Of a stretch of DNA of 64,000 nt, positions 53,901 through 64,000 are shown one piece after another (the first letter of the stretch is position 1; each line of letters opens with the position of its first letter). The DNA comes from a virus (Duplodnaviria > Caudoviricetes), in IMG/VR virus record IMGVR_UViG_3300029928_000002, positions 32,001 through 96,000 of that record, one strand, 5' to 3'. A program made the position numbers and the translations under genes. Under the pieces are notes generated by a model that saw nothing but the letters and a program-made list of their open reading frames with translations, had not been told where the DNA came from and did not search any database.

Positions 53901-56900
53901 ACTCGTTGGTGGAATAATAAACATCCTAATGATATTATAGAATTGACCGAACATTCTACTTATGAGGTAGATAAATCTTCTGGAATATTATTACAAAATA
54001 TTCTGTTAAATACTATGAAAAGCAGATTGAGCAGCACTACTTCAATACATTCCTTCTTTAACCGGCAGAATGGAAAACTTTTAAGAGATTTATTAAAAGA
54101 TAACTTTGATGGCGGTGGGAAAATATATATAGGACTTGTCGATTTATCAAGTGGTAACAAAATAGTGGTACATAATATAAATGATTTATATTTAAATCTC
54201 AATAAAATTAATACTGCTTTTAAGTCTACTCTAACTACATCTTCATCTTTAGATGACATATTGAATACTTTAGGAGGCAATATTACATTAAATCCTCTTA
54301 TAAGTATATATAATAAATTGAATTATATATTCTCTTAGGAATGGATGATTTCTAATGTAGGTGGGCATTTCAACCACCCTGCTAAAGCTTCTATAGATAC
54401 AACTTTATTTAGAACTGTTCCTCTTTCTGCATCAGAGTTGTCGGAGTTGGACAATCTTACGAAGGTTAATAAATAGAATAATATTCGACTGGCATAGTTA
54501 TATAGACAGTATGGATATGATGATAATGCTTTTAAAGAAGCGGTTATAGATAAAGTACGTAAAGTAAATTCTAAATTTGGAAATACTAGAAAAGCCTTTG
54601 GAGAAGATGCTGTTAATAAATTCTTATAGAAAAGGCATGATGCAGAAATTTTGGATGAAGCTGGTAGATTTAATTCTCAGACAAAACGTAATGTATCATA
54701 CACTGCTGCTATGCATCCTTATCAACTTAAAAGTTTACAAGGAACACCAGATGTTGCTAATGTTGTAGTTATGAAACAACCCTCCACAAAAGTATATACA
54801 GTAAATGGTGACTATACCGATGCGTGTATATCGGATGGTGGTACGTTCATAAATCCTTGGATGGCTTATTGGGAAAATGGTGCACTAGGTTCTGAAAAAG
54901 TGGGTATAAATAAGAAATAGTATATACATTTCTACAAACAGGATACTGGTACTGGTGGTATGGTAAAAACCGCCGGATATGCTATGACTAATGAGCTTAT
55001 GAGGCTGTCTCCATGGTAGCGAAGAATGACTAGAATGATGGCAGATAGAGCTTGGAGAGATGAACAGGGTAATACAATATTTTTAGATGTAACTAAAGAT
55101 TATAATAATAATAAAATTCTGTTACAAAATAATAATGATATTCAAGGTTCTTTCTTTATTAAAGTTGGAGATGATTATTACAAATTCTTACAATTAAACT
55201 ATAAAGGGAAGGGACGTTATACTAGAACTCTTTAGAAAATAGATCTAGAAACTCTAACTGGTAAAGAAACTAAAGAATATGATTTAGAAGGCAAGGTAGT
55301 TACTGACACAAATGCCGGAACAGTAATTGATTCTAATTACAAGTTATGGCAAATGCTTGGAGGATATGAATGTTACGAGCAGAAATCTGGAATGAATAGA
55401 CTAACTCATTCTGAATATAGTATTAAAGCAGTTGCTGATATTGCTAATAGAGTTGGTATAAAAAAAGTTCCTGAGGGAACTACTGTACGCACACAATCTG
55501 ATTTATATCAGGTTATGAAACATTCGGATTTTCATTACGTCTGTGACGAAGGTAGTGTAAAACATGGAGAGGCAGGAGTTGAAGACCTTACACCATATCT
55601 AAACGGAAGTAAGCCTATAGAAGACTTCAAGCCTAACTTTATGCATGTTCCTATGGAACAATCTGGTATTCAGTTGGATAAGGAGCATAATGCAGACTAG
55701 GAATCTTTATCTATATTTACTTAGGTTATTAGTGCTTGTGCGGCTAGAGGATATACAGCAGATAAAGCTCAGAACTTATATAAATCTTTAGCAGCTTTAG
55801 CTTATAATGCTACAAAAGAATATCAAGAAGTTTTTGATTAGTTCTTGGAAAATCCCAATGTGTATAGAGATAGCTTTTAGGAAACTATTGCAAATCTATG
55901 TGCTAAAGCCTTAATGAATGAAAAGAATACTTCTGATGTATTGAATTATGTTGTAAGCAATCTTATTAATTTAGCTAAACAAGGAGAAAGATTTAAATTT
56001 AAGGACAATATTCCATTCAGCGATAATTCTATATATAATAAATTAATATCTACTATAGGCTCTACACTCACTAAATCAGCTATTAAAGTTAAATTGCCTG
56101 GACTGTTAGCAGTGTTGTGTCCAAGTAGTGGAATTGTTAAACTTTATGGAGATAGGTTGCTTAGTTCTTATAAGCCTGGAGAATTAGAAGCTCTACAAGT
56201 AGAAAAGAATAATAACCCTAATTGGACTATTACTGATGGGACGATTACTCCTACACAGTTATCTAGAACATATACTCTTACTGTAAATCCCGGACATGAA
56301 GAAAGCATAAGTAATGTTTTAGGTATTACTCCTAATTCTAATACTATAGACTTTACTTTATATACTCCAGTTGAAAGAGAAAAACTGAAATAGTTAATTG
56401 CTCAAGGAGATATAACTAGTATTGTAGAAAATGTAATGGTGGGTAGAGATTTATCTGCTTATGATGTTTTCTTTAAAGGTACAGATGCTGATGGAAATAC
56501 TTAGCAATATTCTTTATACGATTGTGATGTAATTAAATAGAGATTTGCAGATAAAGAATCTGTAAGTGATGAAAATTTGCAATATTTATTAAATGTGTTA
56601 TCTCCTTCATCCTAGGCATACGATGTTGGAGATAATGCTGTTACAATAAATGGGCATGATATTACAATAGATAGAAGTTCCATACAAGTTAAACCTTATG
56701 AATTAGTAATACCTAAAGTATTTGCTACCAACTTTGGATTAGATTTTGATACTGATTTACACGCAATATTGCAAGATCCACAATACTTTACTAAAAGATT
56801 AGCATCTAAGATAGCGGATACTATTGATGATTCTTATTATAGTGTAGCATTTACAAGTCTTGGAGGAGATCCTGTATATGTATTAGATAGAAATAAAGCC

Positions 56901-59900
56901 AAATCCTCTGATAATTTTAAAAGAATAGATGTAAACACTGCAGTAGATAAGGACGGTAATGTAGACATACTAGATGACAACTTTAATAAAGTATTAACAC
57001 TATCTAAAAATTAGAACGATATTGAATAGGATCCAGATTTACATTAGGATGAAGTATGGCAATACGTTGATGGCTAGGGCCTTACACATAATGTAATAGT
57101 TACTGATGATTTAGCTTATTATGCTAATAATACTAAATGTAATGGAATTAAAGTTGGAGAAAAGAATTATGATGATTCTACTGAAGATTTATTAAAGAAT
57201 TCCAAAAATAAAACTGTATAGAATTGGTATTGGACTATTGCTAAGAGTGGAAGTATTACAGCAAAGAGTACATTTAAAGACAGTGTACGTGCTTTTAATG
57301 CCTTGCTTCGTAATGTTACAAAAGAAGGATATACCAGTAATAACTTACGTAATAGTTCTATAATAAGCAATCTTGCAGATTAGGGAACAGAAATCTGGGA
57401 ATCTTTCAAGAAATCATTAGATGTTGTTGCTGCTCGTATTCCTGCTCAATCACTACAGTCAGTAATGGCAATGAAAGTAGCAGGATTTATTGATAGTGAC
57501 GTTAATACAGCATATGTAAGTACCTTGCAGACTTTTTTATAGGGTTCCGACTATAAATAAATATTGTAGTCTTTAAATTTCGTGAACTGCGGGAAATTCC
57601 TTAGAGCTTATTTATACTAAAATATATTAGAAATAATTATATTGGTCATAATTAACTGTTATGAGTATAGTAAAAAGTAAATAAGATTGGACAATCCGCA
57701 ACTAAGTACCTTAATTTAAATTGAATTTATTAATGTGCTAATGCTATTTAAAATATAAATTTAATTATAAAAAAGGTAAAAGCTCATCGACTATCCCTTT
57801 ATGGGAGTAGCTGGAAGCATTTTACTTTAAAAAATAAATAATAGTAACAAATAAATTATAAAGTAAAATGGTTGTCCAGCGAAGTGCGAAACATTCTAAC
57901 AAGAATGATGATATAGTCAGTTTTGTATTGAAAGATACAATGTAAACGGATATTGACGCTGTATCATTAGCTATGTATGCTTTCGATAAACAAGGAAAGT
58001 TTGTATAGTGGTCTCCTTACTTTAATCTAAGTAGTGCAGATACTTTACAAGCTTCTTTGCAATTACCTTTCCCTACGGGAAAGATTTTAACTTCTACAGA
58101 TGTAAGATTTGATTAGAGAAATCCAAATAATATTATGTACTATATTAGTACCTCTAATAATCCAGATGATTCTAAACCTTTTGTATTATATAGAGGATAG
58201 GATGGAAGTCCTAAAATAAAATATAATTTAGATAATCCTACTAATATATTAACATTGGCCGGATTCCTAGATTATATAAATAACTATGGATTTGTCTTTA
58301 ATAGTGGGGGCTTGTCAGAAAAAACATATGGACAAGTTGCGGATTTATTGCTTCCTATAATTAATAACCATAATAATTATATAAATACAGTTAGAGATAG
58401 CCGTACTAAAGAAGATATGATAAAAAATAGTATATAGTAGGCGATCTTTGATATTGTATTGGATCCTAAAAACTAGCGTGAAGCACAAACCTCTGTAGAT
58501 ACTGCTACTAAATTAGCCAAAAGTGTTGCTAATGGTAAGACAGAAATAGCATCTCCAGAAAATGAGGAAGCCATAAGAAATACTCCAGGAGCATTCACTA
58601 CTAATATTTATGGATTTACTTCAAATCAAGTAGGTAAAAAAGCAATTGGTATTGCTGCAGCTACTGGATTAAAAGCCTATTTTACATTAACACAATACTG
58701 TAATAATCTTCTTAAACAGGGGAATGAGAATGCTTTAAAAAGACTTAGATTTGATGTAGAAATTGGAGGTGAGGAATATCATACACTCTCTAACATATAT
58801 ACAGATAAACCAAATTCTTTTGCAGAAGAATTAATAAATCTTGCTAAAAATGACTAGGATTTTGCTCTACAAATATCTGTAATGGAATCTCTTTCTACCG
58901 ATAATGCTAAAGAGCTTTGTCTGTCTAAGTTAAATTGTACTACAGATACTATGGGATTGTGGCTATATGGATTAGCTATAGGTATGGATTTTAAAGATAT
59001 TGCTAAAATTATGATGTCTCCAACAGCCTTCTCATTAGCTAATACTATGAGAGGTAATGTATTTAATGGAGATACTGCTGTATCTATTAATAGGTTAGGT
59101 AGCTATGTTAATGACGGCCCATAGAGTTCTACAGCCCAGAAAATTATTAAGAAAATTATTGGCGTAAAATACGATTTTTCAAAACCTTTGTACGAAAATT
59201 TTAAAAATCATCTTGGTACTCAAGAGGACAGTGAAGATACTGATACTGAAATACTAAATCTACTTCAAGCTGATTTAAATAGTGTATCTGCTTCAGATGG
59301 TAAGGGAATTACTCATTAGGAATATTTGGATTATGCAAAAGGTGTAGATGAAATAGTGTAGTGGTTGCGGTTGTATAGAGAAGTAAATAACAATCATAGG
59401 GTATATGAAGATTTTATGCAGTTAGCTAAAGGAGCTTCTGAAATGTTACAATTAAGTCAAATATTACATCTAAATCAGGGACTATTTAATTCTGATACAG
59501 ATATTTTAGCTTTTATAGATAAATTCTCAAACCTCATAAATGATAGAAGGTATCAAAATAATCCCAAAGAGATTATTCCTAAAGAATCCAAAGTTACAAT
59601 AGATTTACATCAATTTGTAACTAATCCTAAATATAGAAATGATATTATTAACGCCTATGAAGATGTAAAAGTTTCTTTCAATATATTAGATGTATTGGCT
59701 AATATGCCTACATATTTCCAATATTTAAAGACATTGGATTTGCAGCACGCTATGAACTATAATATTTCTAGTAAATATAGAGCAATGACCGATATTGGCA
59801 AGAGAGCTGTGAATTATGTAGGAGCACATAGTGCTAAAGATGTTCAAAAGGTATATAAAAGAGTATCTAACTATATAGATATTTACACTGCTGCTAAATG

Positions 59901-61155
59901 GATGCTTGAATCTGATTATAATCCTGCCTAGTATGGTGATCATGGTATTAATATATACTTACCTATAGGAGCATATTATTATATTCAAGATGTATCGAAT
60001 AATAATATTATTACAAAGCGTAGAGTGACAAAAGGAGAACGTGAAGATATTTTTGGAGAGAAACATATAGTTAACTCTTTGCACGGTATGCCAGTAAATT
60101 TAGGTACTGCTAATGGTAGAGCTTCTTTTAAACATTGGATGGAATCTACTGTAATACCTAATTTACAAAAAGGTAGAAATGGTAAAAGAGGAGCTAATAA
60201 TAAATATATTACAAACCCCAATTCTCCATTAAGATCTAATCTATTTATATAGAGATTAGGAGTAAATCAATTCACTAAAACTCCTATGGGAAATCCTATA
60301 TTAGGATATGCTTTGGATATTAATATGTCTCCAAGAACTGACCATGAAATTGAACTTTTATATCTATATAAACAACAATTTAATAAGTTAAAAACTTATG
60401 GAGAATATAGTAAATATTATACAGGTACACATAGTTACGATTTAACAGAATTATTCTTCCTATATAATTTATGTACTTATCAAAATAAACTTGGTGAAAA
60501 TACTCTGACAACGATATTTTAGGATAGTAGGGATTGGGGAATTATAGGAGACTATTATAAATATATCAATACAATGGATCGTTCTAGAGACGTTATAGCT
60601 CCAGAAATTTCTGACATTGTTCAATATATAGCTCCTATAGCCAATAAATACAGTACTAAATTAAAAAACTTCCTAAGTGTTGATTCTATAACAGGAGATG
60701 TTGTTGTGATGACTAGAAAAACCAAGGCGGATATTGAAGTAGAGTAGGAATATACTGATCCAAATGCTAAAATAGATCCATTTAGGGCAACACCTTTAAC
60801 TAGAGATGTAAATTATCCTACTTTGGAATCCTTGAATAAAGTAATAAATATTCCAATACTTGATAAATCCGAAGACTCCGATGTTAAACTTAAGAATATT
60901 CCTAAGAGTAATTAGTCGTATGAGGATGAATCGGGTAACGTGATTGATATACGTAATATAAAGATAGAACATACTAACGGAAGTATTCTTAAGATTTTTG
61001 TTAATGATAAATAGATAAAAATACCAAATGAATATTTGAAGTATTTTACCCATATCCCAACAAAGCTATAGTATTTTGGAAAATTACCAAAAGCAGTAAA
61101 TGATTATGGAACATTAGTCGATGATATAGTAACATTAATATCAAGAGTATGTTAA
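50940..61155 (+). CDS. Virion DNA-dependent RNA polymerase (two-barrel), exons 50940-57554 and 57949-61155 (~3273 aa)
   Basis: SDGGTFINP, GIQLD, ARIPAQSLQS and spliced QGSDY|DID catalytic DxDxD. The frame change across the 394-nt intron matches the track ORFs on both sides. Confidence 0.88.
57555..57948 (+). mobile_element. ORF-less group I intron (394 nt, IA2-like) in the RNAP active-site codons
   Basis: P1 gactat/gtagtc with U.G; P10 aatatt/gatatt. Core actgcgggaa, aatccgcaac, gctcatcgacta, atgatatagtc (57908); P7.1/P7.2 hairpins; terminal G at 57948. Confidence 0.92.
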
Positions 61156-62243
61156 ATTGTATTAACCCTGAGTTAAATCAGAAAGTTCATGACTTACAAA
61201 AAAAGTCTGGACTTTCTGATTTTCCATTACGCAGTTAGATAAGACATTATCTTACAAATCATAATGGTAGATTACCTGAATTAGATGAATTAAAAGGAGC
61301 TAATTCTGAGCCTTACTTATACAAGGATTTAAATCTGCCTAAAGGAGGAAGTGCTGATATAAAAACTTTGCTTGAAAAAACAGGTGCTCAAACTTTCTCA
61401 GATGCTATTATTAGTCTAAATAATACTTATAGAGATTTAGAAATTGAAGGTCATGAGTTAAATAATGACACATATTACCTAAAAGTTAGACATAGGCCAA
61501 CAGTAGATAGTAGTATGTTAGGAGTATTTGATGATGCTCAAGTATCTCCAAATGTGAATGTTGTAGATGACCATACATTAATTGTACAAACTGTAAATAA
61601 ATTGGCAAGTTTATATGGAATAACTATACATAGAGTAAAAGAGGATAAATTACCGCAAGGTTCTAAGAAAGGAACTGTTAGAGGATATATTTAGAATGGG
61701 GAAGTATATATTGTAGAAGGTAATAATGGAGTAGATACCAAATTACATGAAATGATGCACTTAATATTGGGCAGTGTAAAATTTCAGAACCCATCTTTAT
61801 ATTATAATTTAGTTGCTATGGCTCCTCAATTTTCTGGTTTTAAAGAATGGGCCAGAAACTACGTAAGTACATATGGAAAAGATACCTTAAATGATTTATC
61901 TGAAGAATTTATGGTAAGCAAAATTGCCAACTATTTAAGCGGTTAGAGTAACGATACTCAATTAGCCTCTATGATTAATAATAATCCAGAAATGTGGTAT
62001 TAGACTATGTACCATATGAATAGATTACTAGATTCAGTGTTTATGGGAGGGGCTTCTGTTAAAGCAATTCCTGCCAGTAATCTATATAACTATACGTTTA
62101 GGCAAGTGGCTAATATGGTTAATTCTGCAGTAATGTAGAATAAATATTATGGCAGTCTAGATGATGCTTAGACACACCGTATAGAAATGAATCTTAAAAA
62201 GCACTATATGCAAAATGATAGATTGCTAATGAAATGTGAATAA
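61149..62243 (+). CDS. Zincin-like metallopeptidase-domain protein (364 aa)
   Basis: RGYIQNGEVYI...DTKLHEMMHLILG (HExxH) with a downstream SEEF candidate third ligand. Confidence 0.78.
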
Positions 62244-62254
62244 ATATTTTAAAT

Positions 62255-64000
62255 ATGTTAACTTGTAAATATACTTTATTAGATAAAGACAAATAGTCTA
62301 TAATTGGAGAATTTGACACAGAGGCACAATTAGACGACTTTTTAATAAAATAGGATGAATGTAATAATAATCAGAATATATCAGATATAGTATTTTCTAG
62401 AAGTGCTCCAAATTTGAAAGCTCAACAAATTCTTGAAGAATAGGCAGTTATCTCTAAAGAACTTGAAGAGAAAAGATTGTTATGGAGTAAAGCTATAAAA
62501 AATGCTGTAGATGATGATTCTGAAATTATCCTTATGGCAGATCCTCCATATATTGGTGTTACTAAATTCTTAGATGGTAGAAGAAATAATGAGGGAGATC
62601 TACTTACTCCTGAATTTATTAGTGAGAATTATTGGGGGAATAGAAAATCCCATTGGACATCATAGATTCCTGCAGGTTAGAGTATCAAAGATATGTTTAA
62701 TGCTCAAGAAATTAAACTTCTAGCCGACGGAAATACTGACGAAGAGAGATATTAGAATTTCTTACAGAGTAGAACGTCTAATGGAACATATCAACCCCTA
62801 ACTCAGCAGGAAGCAGATAATTTTTAGAAGACTATTTTAAAGAAATGGGCATTTATAAATACAAGAGGTACTGCTATACACTTTGTAATGTAGCAATATT
62901 TCAGTCCGTTAATAGGTGCTGACGGTAAACCACTTACTAAAAATGGTAGAGTTTTTAGAGTGTTTGACTTGACAAATTCTCCACAAACTTTAAGTGGCGT
63001 CAATTTTCCATCTATTACTGATTATATAAATCGGAAAATTAGTACTGATTTGAAATCTTAGATGGGCAGAAAATTTAGTCCGGATCTAATTACTCCAGAA
63101 TTACTTTAGAATGCTCTAAATTTTGCAGAACAGTTCCACGAGCATATTAAAAAAGTGTTAGGACAAACTGAAGATTTGGATTTTTTCCCTGAGTTCAAAA
63201 TAACTGGAGATTTACATACTACTCAAGGCCCTCCAAAATTGATGGGTATTATCGACTTATTGGTATTGGATAATAAAGGAGTAGCTCATATTTTCGACTA
63301 TAAATGTTCTGATAAGAAATACTCCGATTTTAGTGAGGCGAAGAAAAGAGGATTCTATTATCAGCAGGCTATATATAACAGACTGTTAAATCAACATGGC
63401 CTAAATACCTATAACAACAATATTAGAATTGTGCCTATTGCTTTAGATAATTTTAGAGGTGAGAATATAGAATATACTTTATCGGATCCAGATAAAGTTG
63501 ACTTTACTTTTGACAATAAGCTCTATTATCCACCTCAGATGTCTGTAAATATCAGACCTGATATTACTTCTGTAAACTCTAAAGGTGAATCTAGAATACT
63601 TGATAATATAGATGAGTTTTTACCAGAATCTACTGTTACTAATATAGCCTCCGATAAAGCTGTAGAATTTGTAACCACCATGATGGGTAGATTCTTTCCC
63701 GACTATTCTGGAGGTAAAGAGATAAATGAAGATCTTATTGAGCAGGAAATAAAAGATGCTGGAGGTTTTGAAAGAGATTCTGAAGGTAAATATTCTTTTG
63801 AAGTATCTGCATATAAGAAATTATCTTTTGACGATCCTAAGAAACTGTTAGATGCGGTTATAAAAGAGAGAAAGTATCAATAGTTACGTAAATCTCAGTT
63901 AGCTTCAACTACAATATCTGCTTTAGAGTATGCCCAAAAGAATAACACCAAAGATATACAAGATATTATTAAAAATATTGATACTAGATTCATTTAGGAT
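62255..64000 (+). CDS. Large virion protein with PD-(D/E)xK (RecB/Cas4-like) nuclease domain (partial)
   Basis: RGTAIH...PE...GIIDLLVLD...HIFDYKCS...YYQQAIY; the frame stays open to the window end with TAG=Gln. Confidence 0.78.

Noticed and set aside
57555-57948. RNAP as two genes, a frameshift or an intein
   Set aside because: The insert has stop codons and complete group I RNA elements, and its removal restores DYDID exactly.
1548-61053. Minus-strand and alternative-frame ORFs in the track (e.g. 13427..13939, 33916..34248, 47015..47314)
   Set aside because: They are shadows of well-supported plus-strand genes and have no recognisable motifs.
63155-63400. Cas4 of a CRISPR system
   Set aside because: No Fe-S cysteine cluster, array or other cas genes; it is a PD-(D/E)xK domain within a large virion-locus protein.
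1-64000. Fragmented ORF track read as pseudogenes or genome decay
   Set aside because: Fragments are separated only by TAG, stay in frame, and join into full genes with coupled start/stop overlaps.
1-64000. Suppressor tRNA, release factor or complete DGR cassette
   Set aside because: No cloverleaf, RT motif or template repeat was recognised by eye, and intergenic gaps are short; these may lie outside the window.

Overview
AT-rich, single-strand (+) late/structural region of a crAss-like Bacteroidota phage (Crassvirales; tentatively Delta/Suoliviridae-like) that reads TAG as Gln (genetic code 15). The fragmented ORF track is an artefact of using the standard code. With TAG=Gln the window tiles into about 30 tightly packed genes ending only in TAA/TGA. 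In order: tail-fibre/receptor-binding cluster (1-11.7 kb); scaffold-like gene; major capsid protein split by two group I introns, each carrying a GIY-YIG homing endonuclease; ring/neck and auxiliary capsid genes; split muzzle/tail-stabiliser; cargo proteins with repeated (K)FQxGG motifs; a ~3235-aa cargo protein with an embedded SF1 helicase; a ~3273-aa virion RNA polymerase whose catalytic DYDID motif is split by an ORF-less group I intron; a zincin; and a PD-(D/E)xK nuclease-containing giant (partial). Most notable unexplained patterns: terminal cysteines placed head-to-tail across four consecutive giant/ejected proteins, complementary N-/C-terminal motifs on the tail-fibre proteins, and TAG codons concentrated near gene starts. 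Coordinates were counted by hand, the longest genes were checked by frame continuity rather than codon by codon, and family assignments come from motif recognition and gene order, not database searches.
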